From Beijerinckiaceae bacterium (lineage in GTDB: Bacteria; Pseudomonadota; Alphaproteobacteria; Rhizobiales; Beijerinckiaceae): a DNA stretch of 37,188 nt. The translations under genes and the position numbers were made by a program. The stretch is taken from NCBI GenBank assembly GCA_035540795.1, contig DATLFZ010000304.1:1-37188 (forward strand). The letters run 5' to 3'. This document shows, piece by piece, positions 16,592-25,870 of this stretch (position 1 is its first letter; the number at the start of each line of letters is the position of its first letter). The notes beneath the pieces were generated by a model, which saw nothing but the letters and a program-made list of their open reading frames with translations, was not told the origin of the DNA and searched no databases.

Positions 16592-17376
16592 CGCGGCCCG
16601 ACTTCACCGCCAACATCGCCTTCCTGTTCCCCGACCTGCCCTTCCTCGACCGCATCGCCGCCGCCAAGGCCGCGGGCTTCGACAAGGTCGAGTGCCACTT
16701 TCCTTACGAGTTCGGGATCGCCGAGCTGAAGGACCGGCTCGCGGCCTCCGGCGTGCGCATGACCGGGCTCAACACCCAACCGGGCGACCGCGCCCGCGGC
16801 GAATGGGGCAAGGCGGCGCTCGCCGGCCGCGAGGCCGAGTTCCGGCAGGATTTCGAGCAGGCCGCGTCCTACGCCCGGGCGCTCGGCTGCCGCGTCATCC
16901 ACGTGATGGCGGGCACGGTCCCGGCCGCGCAGGACCGGCCGGCGGCCTTGCGGACCTATGTCCAGAACCTGCGCCTTGCGGCGCGGGAGGTGGCGGCGGA
17001 CGGCATCACCCTGCTCCTCGAGCCGCTCAACCACAGGGACGCGCCGGGCTACCTCGTCTCCCGGTCGGACGACCTCGCCGGCATCATCGCCGAGATCGGC
17101 GAGCCCAACGTGAAGCTCCTGTTCGACGTCTACCACGTGCAGATCATGGAGGGGGACCTGATCCGCCGGCTGGAGAAGCACCGGGACGTGATCGGGCACG
17201 TGCAGGTGGCGGGCGTCCCCTCCCGGGCGGAGCCCGACGCCGACAACGAGGTCAACTACCGGGCGATCTTCGCCGCGCTCGAGGCGATCGGCTACCGCGG
17301 CCTCGTCGGCCTCGAATACAAACCCCGCGGCGACACGGTCGCGGGCCTGCGCTGGATGCGGGACCTCGGCTTCTGA
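16588..17376 (+). CDS. hydroxypyruvate isomerase family TIM barrel (Hyi/OtnI-like)
   Basis: GTGA overlap; FTANIAFLF, LLEPLN, DVYHVQIMEGDL, GHVQVAGVPSRAEP, GLEYKP. Confidence 0.9.
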   Translation: MTRPDFTANIAFLFPDLPFLDRIAAAKAAGFDKVECHFPYEFGIAELKDRLAASGVRMTGLNTQPGDRARGEWGKAALAGREAEFRQDFEQAASYARALGCRVIHVMAGTVPAAQDRPAALRTYVQNLRLAAREVAADGITLLLEPLNHRDAPGYLVSRSDDLAGIIAEIGEPNVKLLFDVYHVQIMEGDLIRRLEKHRDVIGHVQVAGVPSRAEPDADNEVNYRAIFAALEAIGYRGLVGLEYKPRGDTVAGLRWMRDLGF

Positions 17377-17522
17377 GTCGTCGCCCGCGGACGTTTCAGC
17401 GAACGTAACGGGGCGCGAAACAACCCCGGCCCGCCCCTGCGTCGCGCAAGAAAACCGCGCAACACGGCCCTCCTATCGGTGCCGCCATCGAAGACGGCCT
17501 CGCGCCGCAAGGGGATGGCACC

Positions 17523-17786
17523 ATGATCGGACTCTTTCGGATCACCAAGATCAGCGCGGTTCTGGCGGCGGCGATCGTCGCCACCTCGCAGATGACCCTG
17601 TCGGCGCCGGCGGTCGCGCCGGGCCCCGCCGTCGAGGCGACCCCGGTGGCCGCCGCCGCGGCGCCGGCCGACTGCGCGGCCCAGGCCTGGCCCCACGTCT
17701 CCCCCGATTGCATCTCCGACGCCCGGCCGCGGCGGAAGGTCCGGGTCATCGCCCTCGACGCCGCCGACGCGCGGCTTGCCCGCTGA
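17523..17786 (+). CDS. small exported protein with a C-x4-WP-x5-C motif
   Basis: SD AAGGGG, signal-like N-terminus, Ala/Pro linker, DCAAQAWPHVSPDCI. Confidence 0.7.
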   Translation: MIGLFRITKISAVLAAAIVATSQMTLSAPAVAPGPAVEATPVAAAAAPADCAAQAWPHVSPDCISDARPRRKVRVIALDAADARLAR

Positions 17787-17796
17787 GGAAGACGCC

Positions 17797-17874
17797 ATGG
17801 CCGTGCACATCGTGCCGTTCCTCCTCGGCGTCGTCGCCCCGCTCGCCGGCATGAGCTGGGTCCTCCTGCACTGA
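17797..17874 (+). CDS. 25-aa hydrophobic microprotein MAVHIVPFLLGVVAPLAGMSWVLLH
   Basis: GAGGA SD 7 nt before the ATG; every sense codon ends in G/C; a single TM-like segment; below the ORF-track cutoff. Confidence 0.6.
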   Translation: MAVHIVPFLLGVVAPLAGMSWVLLH

Positions 17875-17926
17875 ACCGGTGGCCAAGCGCCCCCGCCTCG
17901 CCCAGAATGGCGGCGAGGAGCGCGCG

Positions 17927-18781
17927 ATGGTCACGGTCGGGGTGGTGGGGCTCGGCAGCATGGGAGCGGGGATGGCCCGCACCCTCCTCGCCAAGGGATT
18001 TCGGGTCGTCGGCTACGACCTTTCCGAGGCGCGGCGGAGCGCCGTCCCCGGCCTCGTTGCCGCCGCGGACGTCGTCGCGGCGGCCTCCGACGCCTCGGTC
18101 CTCGTCCTCTCCCTTCCCGCCGCGGCGGAGGTGGAGGCGGTGGTGCGGGCGTCCGGCCTCCTCGAGGGCGGCGAGCGGACCGTCGTCCTCGACACCACCA
18201 CCTCCGAGCCCGATGCCAGCCGGCGTCTCGCCGCGGCCCTCGCCGCCGCCGGTCACGGCTTCCTCGATGCCCCGGTCAGCGGCGGCCCGCAGGGCGCCGC
18301 GAGCGGGCGCCTCGCCATGATGATCGGCGGCGCGGCGGAGGACCTCGCCTACGCCCGGCCGGTGGTCGACGCGCTCGCGGCGAAGGCCATGCATGTGGGC
18401 CCGAGCGGGGCCGGCAACGTGGCGAAGCTCGTCAACAACATGCTCGTCGCCGCCCACATGATCACGACCCGGGAGGGCCTGCGCCTCGCCGCGGCGGCGG
18501 GCGTCGACCCGGAGGCGGTGCTCGCCGTCGTCAACGCCGCCACCGGCCGCTCGGCCCTGAGCGAGATCCACTTCCCCACCTGGATCGCGAGCGGCCGCTT
18601 CGACAGCGGCTTCACCATGGGCCTGATGCGCAAGGACGTGCGCCTCGCGCTCACGCTGGCGGAGCGCGCCGGGGCCGACCTGCCCCTGGCGCAGGAGGCC
18701 GGGCGGCTCTGGGCCGCGCATCCGGCGGACGACCGGGATGATTTCACGCGCATGGGCGCATGGGAGCGCGACGATGCCTGA
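17927..18781 (+). CDS. NAD(P)-dependent beta-hydroxyacid dehydrogenase (3-hydroxyisobutyrate dehydrogenase family)
   Basis: GVVGLGSMG, LDAPVSGG, AKLVNN, KDVRLA; SD GAGGAG. Confidence 0.92.
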   Translation: MVTVGVVGLGSMGAGMARTLLAKGFRVVGYDLSEARRSAVPGLVAAADVVAAASDASVLVLSLPAAAEVEAVVRASGLLEGGERTVVLDTTTSEPDASRRLAAALAAAGHGFLDAPVSGGPQGAASGRLAMMIGGAAEDLAYARPVVDALAAKAMHVGPSGAGNVAKLVNNMLVAAHMITTREGLRLAAAAGVDPEAVLAVVNAATGRSALSEIHFPTWIASGRFDSGFTMGLMRKDVRLALTLAERAGADLPLAQEAGRLWAAHPADDRDDFTRMGAWERDDA

Positions 18782-20324
18782 CGCCTTGGTCGACGACGAG
18801 GTCGGGGGGCGCATCGCGCAGCTTCTCGAAGGGTTCGGCCTCTCCGGCATCGGCAGCTTCGTCGATGGGGCCGTCCTGGCGGGCGGGGGCGCCCGACAGG
18901 AGCTCGTCGATCCGGCGACGGGCCGTGCCTTCGCCGCCTACGCCGACGCGGACGCCTCGGTCGTCGACGCCGCCATGGCGGCGGCCGGGCGGGCGCAGCG
19001 CGCCTGGGCCGCGCTCACCGCCTCAGGCCGCGGGCGGATCATGGTCGAGATCGGCCGCCAGATCCGCGCCAACGCCGCGGCGCTCGCCGAGCTCGAATGC
19101 CGCGCCGGCGGCAAGCCGATCCGCGACGCCCGGGCCGAGACCGGGCGGGTGGCGGAGATGTTCGAATACTACGCCGGCTGGTGCGACAAGCTGCACGGGG
19201 AGGTGATCCCGGTCCCGACCTCCCACCTCAACTACACCCGCCACGAGCCCTACGGCGTCGTCGTGCAGATCACCCCCTGGAACGCGCCGCTCTTCACGGC
19301 GGGCTGGCAGATCGCGCCGGCGATCTGCGCCGGCAACGGCGTCATCATCAAGCCGTCCGAGCTGACGCCGCTCTCCACCCTGGCGCTCGCCGTCCTGTGC
19401 GAGCGCGCCGGCGTCCCGCGCGGACTCGTCAACGTGCTCGCCGGCGACGGGCGCACCACGGGCCAGGCGGCGGTCGGCCACCCGCAGACGCGCCTCGTGG
19501 TGTTCGTCGGCTCGGCCGCGGCGGGGGCGGCGATCGCCGCGACCGCGGCCCGCAACCTGGTGCCCTGCATCCTCGAGCTCGGCGGCAAGTCCGCCAACAT
19601 CGTCTTCCCGGACGCCGATCTCGATCGGGCGATCCTCGGCGCGCAGGCGGCGATCTTTTCGGGCGCCGGGCAGAGCTGCGTCGCCGGCTCGCGCCTCCTC
19701 GTTCACCGCTCCGTCCACGCCCGCTTCGTCGCGCGCTACGCGGCGGCCGCCGCGCGCATCCCGGTCGGGCCGCCGCAGCGGGAGGAGACGCAGATCGGGC
19801 CGATCGGCAACGCCCGCCAGTGGGGCCGGATCGACGCCATGGTGCGGCACGCGGTCGGGGAGGGCGCCGCCCTCGCCCTCGGCGGCGGCCCACCGGAGGC
19901 GCTCGCCGGCACCGGCGGCTTCTACTACGCGCCCACCATCCTCGACGGGGTGGCGCCGCAGATGGAGGTCGCCCGCGAGGAGGTGTTCGGGCCGGTGGTC
20001 GCCGTCACCCCGTTCGACGACGAGGAGGAGGCGGTTTCGCTCGCCAACGCCACGCCGTACGGGCTCGCGGGTGCGGTGTGGACCAACGACGTCGGCCGCG
20101 CCCACCGGGTCGCGGCGCAGGTCCGGGCCGGCACTTTTTGGGTCAACGGCTACAAGACGATCAGCGTGATGTCGCCCTTCGGCGGTTTCGGCCGCAGCGG
20201 CTACGGCCGCTCGAGCGGGCGCGAGGCGCTGACGGCCTACACGCAGACCAAGAGCGTCTGGGTCGAGACCTCCGCCGATCCGCCTTTCGCCTTCGGCTAC
20301 GCGCCGCCGCGCGAGGAAACCTGA
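18774..20324 (+). CDS. aldehyde dehydrogenase family protein
   Basis: ITPWNAP, KPSELTP, LELGGKSANIV, AGQSCVAGSR, EEVFGPV, PFGGFGRSGYGR. Confidence 0.95.
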   Translation: MPDALVDDEVGGRIAQLLEGFGLSGIGSFVDGAVLAGGGARQELVDPATGRAFAAYADADASVVDAAMAAAGRAQRAWAALTASGRGRIMVEIGRQIRANAAALAELECRAGGKPIRDARAETGRVAEMFEYYAGWCDKLHGEVIPVPTSHLNYTRHEPYGVVVQITPWNAPLFTAGWQIAPAICAGNGVIIKPSELTPLSTLALAVLCERAGVPRGLVNVLAGDGRTTGQAAVGHPQTRLVVFVGSAAAGAAIAATAARNLVPCILELGGKSANIVFPDADLDRAILGAQAAIFSGAGQSCVAGSRLLVHRSVHARFVARYAAAAARIPVGPPQREETQIGPIGNARQWGRIDAMVRHAVGEGAALALGGGPPEALAGTGGFYYAPTILDGVAPQMEVAREEVFGPVVAVTPFDDEEEAVSLANATPYGLAGAVWTNDVGRAHRVAAQVRAGTFWVNGYKTISVMSPFGGFGRSGYGRSSGREALTAYTQTKSVWVETSADPPFAFGYAPPREET

Positions 20325-20327
20325 GAT

Positions 20328-21350
20328 TCAGGACCTGGGCGGCCGCTCCGCCCGTGGCGGGGCGCCGAACCGGCGCCGGTAGCTGCGCGAAAAATGGCTC
20401 GCGCTGACGAAGCCGCAGGCGATCGCCACCTCCAGGATCGGCAGGGTGGTCTGGCGCATGAGCGTCTGCGCCCGGCGCAGGCGCAGGTCGAGATAGTGCG
20501 CACCGAGGGTGCGCCCGAGATGGGTCCGGAACAGGCGCTCGAGCTGGCGCACCGAGACGCCGGCGCGGGCGGCGAGGGCCGCGCGGCCGGCCGGCTCCTC
20601 GAGGTTCGCCTCCATGTGCTCGAGCACCTTGAGGAGCTTGCGATCGGCGATGCCGGTGCGCTCGCGCAGGGCCATGCGCTGCGGCCCGTCGCCGGCCCGG
20701 ACCTGCGTCTGCAGGAACCACTCGCTCACCGCGGCCGCGAGCGCGCTGCCGTGCGCCCGCTCGATGACCTCGTGCATCATGTCGAGGGCGGCGATGCCGC
20801 CGGAGCAGGTGAGCCGGTCCCGGTCGATCTCGTAGAGGTTGCGGGTGACGTCGAGGTGGGGGAAGGCCTCGCGCAGGGCCGGCTGGTGCTCCCAGTGGAT
20901 GGTGCAGCGATAGCCGTCGAGGAGGCCCGCCCGGGCGAGCACGAACGGCCCGCCCGACACCCCGCCGATGCGGGTGCCGCGGGCGGCGAGCGCCCGCAGC
21001 CAGGCGAGGGTCGGCCCGTCGTCGAACAGAGCCGGGTTGCCGCCGGCGCACACGAACAGGAGGTCGAGCGCGACCGCGTCTCCCGCCCTGTGGTCAGGCT
21101 GGATGAAGATGCCGTTCGAGGCGGGCACCGGCGCCCCGTCCGGGCCGACATGGCGCCAGGCGTAGAGGGCGCGGCCGGAGAGCGCGTTCGCCGCTCGAAA
21201 CGGCTCCATCGCCGAGGCGTAGGACATCAGCGCGAAGCCGGGGATCAGCAGGAAGCCGACCGTGGTGGGCCGCTCCGGCGCGCGCGGCCCGTCGCGCAGC
21301 GACAAGGTCGTGTCGCTTCGAGTCACGTCGGTCTCGGCTCCCCTCGCCAT
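20328..21350 (-). CDS. GlxA-family transcriptional regulator (DJ-1/PfpI + AraC HTH); start uncertain (21350, 21326 or 21305)
   Basis: GFLLIPGFALMSYASAMEPFRAAN, CTIHWEH, TCSGGIAALD, SVRQLERLF, IACGFVSASHFSR. Confidence 0.92.
   Translation of the reverse strand: MARGAETDVTRSDTTLSLRDGPRAPERPTTVGFLLIPGFALMSYASAMEPFRAANALSGRALYAWRHVGPDGAPVPASNGIFIQPDHRAGDAVALDLLFVCAGGNPALFDDGPTLAWLRALAARGTRIGGVSGGPFVLARAGLLDGYRCTIHWEHQPALREAFPHLDVTRNLYEIDRDRLTCSGGIAALDMMHEVIERAHGSALAAAVSEWFLQTQVRAGDGPQRMALRERTGIADRKLLKVLEHMEANLEEPAGRAALAARAGVSVRQLERLFRTHLGRTLGAHYLDLRLRRAQTLMRQTTLPILEVAIACGFVSASHFSRSYRRRFGAPPRAERPPRS
21291..21325 (+). promoter_or_regulatory. putative tandem AraC/GlxA operator for the sox operon
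   Basis: GTCGC-N5-GACA (21291-21304) and GTCGC-N5-GTCA (21312-21325), a direct repeat with a 21-bp period. Confidence 0.45.
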
Positions 21351-21386
21351 TGTCGGCGAGCAAACCGGTCCGCTCCGCCCCCGTCA

Positions 21387-22637
21387 ATGCGCTATTCCGC
21401 CTTCACGCTCCTCGGCCAGGCGCTGCGCGGCCACCGCGACTGGACGCCCGCCTGGCGCGACCGCGCGCCGCGCACCGAATACGACGTGGTCGTCGTCGGC
21501 GGCGGCGGGCACGGGCTCGCCACCGCCTACTACCTCGCCAAGGAGCACGGGCTGACCGATGTCGCCGTCCTGGAGAAGGGATACATCGGCTCCGGCAATG
21601 TCGGGCGGAACACCACCATCATCCGCTCGAACTACCTCCTGCCCGGCAACATCCCCTTCTACGAATGGTCGATGAAGCTGTGGGAGGGGCTCGAGCAGGA
21701 CCTCAACTACAACGCCATGGTGAGCCAGCGGGGCGTGCTGAACCTCTACCATTCGGACGCCCAGCGCGACGCCTTCGCCCGCCGCGGCAACGCCATGCGC
21801 CTGCACGGGGTCGACGCCGAGCTGCTGGACCGGGAGTCGGTGCGCCGGCTCTGCCCGTTCCTCGATTTCGACAACGCCCGCTTCCCCATCCAGGGCGGGC
21901 TGCTGCAGCGCCGCGGCGGCACCGCCCGCCACGACGCCGTCGCCTGGGGCTACGCCCGCGGCGCCGACCGCCGCGGGGTCGAGATCGTGCAGAACTGCGA
22001 GGTCACCGGCATCCGCACCGAGAGCGGCCGCGTGACCGGCCTCGAGACCACCCGCGGTTTCGTGCGGGCGAAGAAGGTGGCGCTCGCCTGCGCCGGCCAT
22101 TCCTCCCGGGTCGCCGCCATGGCCGGCCTGCGCCTGCCGATCGAGAGCCACGTGCTCCAGGCCTTCGTCACCGAGGGCGCGAAGCCGATGATCGACCACG
22201 TGGTCACCTTCGGGGCCGGGCATTTCTACATCAGCCAGTCCGACAAGGGCGGGCTCGTCTTCGGCGGCGACATCGACGGCTACAACTCCTACGCCCAGCG
22301 CGGCAACCTGCCGCTCATCGAGAACGTGATGGAGGAGGGGGTCGCCCTGTGGCCGGCCCTGTCGCGGATGCGGGTGCTGCGCCACTGGGGCGGGGTCATG
22401 GACATGTCCATGGACGGCTCGCCCATCATCGACCGCACGCCCGTGGAGGGCCTCTACCTCAACGCCGGCTGGTGCTACGGCGGCTTCAAGGCGACGCCCG
22501 CCTCCGGCTGGTGCTTCGCCCACCTGATCGCCCGGGACGAGCCCCACCCCTACGCCGCCGCCTACCGCCTCGACCGCTTCGCCGTCGGCCGCCTCGTCGA
22601 CGAGAAGGGCGGGGGCGCCCAGCCGAATTTGCACTGA
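21387..22637 (+). CDS. soxB: sarcosine oxidase subunit beta
   Basis: GGGGHGLATAYYLAK, GRNTTIIRSNY, ARHDAVAWGYA, GWCYGGFKATP. Confidence 0.93.
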   Translation: MRYSAFTLLGQALRGHRDWTPAWRDRAPRTEYDVVVVGGGGHGLATAYYLAKEHGLTDVAVLEKGYIGSGNVGRNTTIIRSNYLLPGNIPFYEWSMKLWEGLEQDLNYNAMVSQRGVLNLYHSDAQRDAFARRGNAMRLHGVDAELLDRESVRRLCPFLDFDNARFPIQGGLLQRRGGTARHDAVAWGYARGADRRGVEIVQNCEVTGIRTESGRVTGLETTRGFVRAKKVALACAGHSSRVAAMAGLRLPIESHVLQAFVTEGAKPMIDHVVTFGAGHFYISQSDKGGLVFGGDIDGYNSYAQRGNLPLIENVMEEGVALWPALSRMRVLRHWGGVMDMSMDGSPIIDRTPVEGLYLNAGWCYGGFKATPASGWCFAHLIARDEPHPYAAAYRLDRFAVGRLVDEKGGGAQPNLH

Positions 22638-22640
22638 GCC

Positions 22641-22916
22641 ATGCGGATCGCCTGTCCCTATTGCGGCGAGCGCCACGGCGACGAGTTCGCCTATCACGGC
22701 GACGCCACCGTCACGCGGCCGGAGCCCGGGGCGCCGGAGGCCGCCTTCGCCGACTACGTCTACCTGCGCGACAACCCGGCCGGCCCGCACCGGGAGCTGT
22801 GGTACCACGGCCCCTGCCGCTCCTGGCTCGTGGTGACCCGGGACACCCGCACCCACGCCATTTCCGACGTGCGCTTCGCCCGCGGCCGCGACGGCGCGGA
22901 AGGGGAGGGCGGGTGA
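22641..22916 (+). CDS. soxD: sarcosine oxidase subunit delta
   Basis: IACPYCGER...EF, YVYLRDNPAG, ELWYH..C, RDTRTH. Confidence 0.93.
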   Translation: MRIACPYCGERHGDEFAYHGDATVTRPEPGAPEAAFADYVYLRDNPAGPHRELWYHGPCRSWLVVTRDTRTHAISDVRFARGRDGAEGEGG

Positions 22917-25870
22917 TGGCGCAGCCGAACCGGCTGCCGGCGGGCGGCCTCGTCGACCGCGCCGCGACGCTGCGCTTCACCTTCGACGGGCGCGCCTACG
23001 AGGGCCACCCCGGCGACACCCTCGCCTCGGCGCTCGTCGCCAACGGGGTGCGGCTGCTGGCCCGCTCGTTCAAGTACCACCGGCCCCGCGGCCTGCTCTC
23101 CGCCGGCTCGGAGGAGCCGAACGCCATCTTCGAGATGCGCTCCGGCTCGCGCCGGGAGCCCAACACCCGCGCCACCACCATCGAGCTCTACGACGGGCTC
23201 GAAGCGGCGAGCCAGAACCGCTGGCCGTCCCTGTCCTTCGACCTCCTCGGGGCGACCTCGTTCCTGTCGCCGGTGTTCGTGGCGGGCTTCTACTACAAGA
23301 CCTTCATGTGGCCGGCGGCCGCCTGGGAGAAATTCTACGAGCCGCTCATCCGCCGCGCCGCCGGGCTCGGCCGCGGCCCCGACCGGCCGGATCCGGACCA
23401 TTACGAGAAGGCGCACCTGCACTGCGACGTGCTGGTGATCGGCGCGGGCCCCGCGGGCCTCTCCGCCGCCCTCGCCGCCGGGCGCACCGGCGCCCGCGTC
23501 GTCCTGTGCGACGAGGATTTTTCGCTCGGCGGCAGGCTCGCCGCGGAGCGGCTCGAGATCGACGGGAACGACGCCCGCGACTGGGCCCGGGCGGCGGAGG
23601 CCGAGCTCGCGGCGATGCCCGAGGTGCGCATCCTGCGCCGCACCACCGTCTTCGGCGTCTACGACCACGGCGTCTACGGCGCCGTCGAGCGGGTCGCCGA
23701 CCACCTGCCCGTGCCGCCGCCGCACGTTCCGCGCCAGCGCAGCTGGCGGATCGTGGCGAAGCGCGCGGTGCTGGCGGCCGGCGCCATCGAGCGGCCGCTG
23801 GTCTTCGGCGACAACGACCGGCCCGGGATCATGCTGGCCGGCGCCGTGCGCGCCTATCTCAACCGGTTCGCGGCGGCCCCGGGGCGGCGCCTCGTCGTCT
23901 ATACCGCCGGCGACGATGGCTGGCGCACCGCCACCGACGCGCTCGCCGCGGGCCTCGCCGTCGAGGCGGTCGTCGATGCCCGCGCCGAGGTGCCGGCCGG
24001 ACCGGCGGCGGCGGTGCGCAAGGCGGGCGGCTTCGTCTTCCCCGGCGGCGCCATCGTCGGCGTCGCCGGCCGGCACGGGGTCGAGCGGGTCACGATCCGC
24101 GCCGGCGACGGCATGGACACGCGCCACGCCTGCGACCTCGTCGCCATGTCGAACGGCTGGAGCCCCGCCCTCCACCTCACCTGCCATCTCGGCGGCAAGC
24201 CGCGCTGGGACGATGCGATGTCGGCCTTCCTGCCGGACCGGGTCCCGCCGGGCATGACCGTCGCGGGCGCCGCCGCGGGCGCGCAAAGCCTCGCGGCGGC
24301 GCTCCGCACCGGCGCCGAGGCCGGCGCCGCCGCCGCGGCCGAGGCCGGGTTCGACGGGGCGCAGCCGCCGCTGCCGCGGGCGCAGGACGAGCCCGTCGCG
24401 ATCCGCCCCCTGTGGCACGTCCTCGGGCGCGGAAAGGCCTTCGTCGACTTCCAGAACGACGTCACCGCGGCCGATATCGGCCTCGCCGCGCGGGAGGGCT
24501 ATCGCTCCGTCGAGCACACCAAGCGCTACACGACCCTCGGCATGGGCACCGACCAGGGCAAGACCGCCAACGTCAACGGCCTCGCCGTGCTGGCGCAGGC
24601 CCGCGGCGAGCCGATCCCGGCGGTCGGCACGACCGTGTTCCGCCCGCCCTACACGCCGGTGTCGATCGGGGCGCCCGCCGGCCACCACCGCGGCCGCGAC
24701 TACAAGCCGGTCCGGCACACGCCCTCCCATGCCTGGGCGGCCGAGCAGGGCGCGGTCTTCGTCGAGGCGGGCCTGTGGCTGCGCGCCCAATGGTTCCCGA
24801 AGCCGGGGGAGCGGGACTGGCTCGAAAGCGTCACCCGGGAGGTGAGGGCGGTCCGCGGCGACGCCGGCTTCTGCGACGTGTCCACCCTCGGCAAGATCGA
24901 CGTGCAGGGCCCCGATGCCGGCGCCTTCCTCGACCGGGTCTACGCCAACACCATGTCGACCTTGCCGGTCGGGAAGGTCCGCTACGGCGTCATGCTGCGC
25001 GAGGACGGGTTCGTCTTCGACGACGGCACCGCCGCCCGGCTCGGGGCCGAGCACTTTCTGGTGACGACGACCACCGCCAATGCCATCCGGGCGATGCAGC
25101 ACCTCGAATTCTGCCACCAGGTGCTGTGGCCGGAGCTCGACGTGCAGATGGTGTCGACGACCGAGCAATGGGCGCAGGTCTCGGTGGCCGGCCCGCGCTC
25201 GCGGGAGCTGCTCGAGGGCCTCGTCGACCGGGATCTTTCCAACGAGGCCTTTCCCTACATGGCGGCCGGCGCGGTGAACCTCGGCGGGGTCGCCGGGCGC
25301 ATCTTCCGCATCTCCTTCTCGGGCGAGCTCGCCTACGAGATCGCCGTGCCGGCGCGCCGCGGCGACGCCCTCGTGCGCGCCCTCGCGGCGGCGGGCGCGA
25401 CGCCCTACGGGACCGAGGCGCTCTCCGTCATGCGCATCGAAAAGGGCCACGTCGCCGGGGGCGAGCTCAACGGCCAGACCACCGCCCGCGACCTCGGGCT
25501 CGGAAAAATGCTGTCGACCAAGAAGGACTTCGTCGGCCGCGCCATGGCGGCCCGGGCGGCCCTGAACGAGCCCGAGCGGCCGATCCTCGTCGGCTTCAAG
25601 CCCGTCGACCCGGCGCAGCGTCTTCACGCGGGCGCGCATTTCATCCCGCTCGGCGCCGAGGCGCGCGCGGAGAACGACCAGGGCCACATGTCCTCCGTCG
25701 CCTTCTCGCCGGGCCTCGGCCACTGGATCGGCCTCGGCTTCCTGCGCGACGGGCGGACCCGCATCGGCGAGCGCGTGCGGGCGGTCGACCTGGTGCGCGG
25801 CCGGGACGTGGAAGTGGAGATCGCCGATCCGGTCTTCGTCGACCCGGCCGGGGAGAGACTGCGTGCCTGA
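22916..25870 (+). CDS. soxA: sarcosine oxidase subunit alpha
   Basis: GDTLASAL, RSFKYHRPRG, IGAGPAGL, KRYTTLGMGTDQGK and a GcvT-like C-terminal domain (DVSTLGKI, SFSGELAYE). Confidence 0.93.
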   Translation: MAQPNRLPAGGLVDRAATLRFTFDGRAYEGHPGDTLASALVANGVRLLARSFKYHRPRGLLSAGSEEPNAIFEMRSGSRREPNTRATTIELYDGLEAASQNRWPSLSFDLLGATSFLSPVFVAGFYYKTFMWPAAAWEKFYEPLIRRAAGLGRGPDRPDPDHYEKAHLHCDVLVIGAGPAGLSAALAAGRTGARVVLCDEDFSLGGRLAAERLEIDGNDARDWARAAEAELAAMPEVRILRRTTVFGVYDHGVYGAVERVADHLPVPPPHVPRQRSWRIVAKRAVLAAGAIERPLVFGDNDRPGIMLAGAVRAYLNRFAAAPGRRLVVYTAGDDGWRTATDALAAGLAVEAVVDARAEVPAGPAAAVRKAGGFVFPGGAIVGVAGRHGVERVTIRAGDGMDTRHACDLVAMSNGWSPALHLTCHLGGKPRWDDAMSAFLPDRVPPGMTVAGAAAGAQSLAAALRTGAEAGAAAAAEAGFDGAQPPLPRAQDEPVAIRPLWHVLGRGKAFVDFQNDVTAADIGLAAREGYRSVEHTKRYTTLGMGTDQGKTANVNGLAVLAQARGEPIPAVGTTVFRPPYTPVSIGAPAGHHRGRDYKPVRHTPSHAWAAEQGAVFVEAGLWLRAQWFPKPGERDWLESVTREVRAVRGDAGFCDVSTLGKIDVQGPDAGAFLDRVYANTMSTLPVGKVRYGVMLREDGFVFDDGTAARLGAEHFLVTTTTANAIRAMQHLEFCHQVLWPELDVQMVSTTEQWAQVSVAGPRSRELLEGLVDRDLSNEAFPYMAAGAVNLGGVAGRIFRISFSGELAYEIAVPARRGDALVRALAAAGATPYGTEALSVMRIEKGHVAGGELNGQTTARDLGLGKMLSTKKDFVGRAMAARAALNEPERPILVGFKPVDPAQRLHAGAHFIPLGAEARAENDQGHMSSVAFSPGLGHWIGLGFLRDGRTRIGERVRAVDLVRGRDVEVEIADPVFVDPAGERLRA

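Noticed and set aside
24661-24690. SoxA reads SIGAPAG where a hydrophobic residue (GALAG) might be expected
   Set aside because: A single substitution recalled from memory of the family. The frame is intact and the effect cannot be judged without an alignment.
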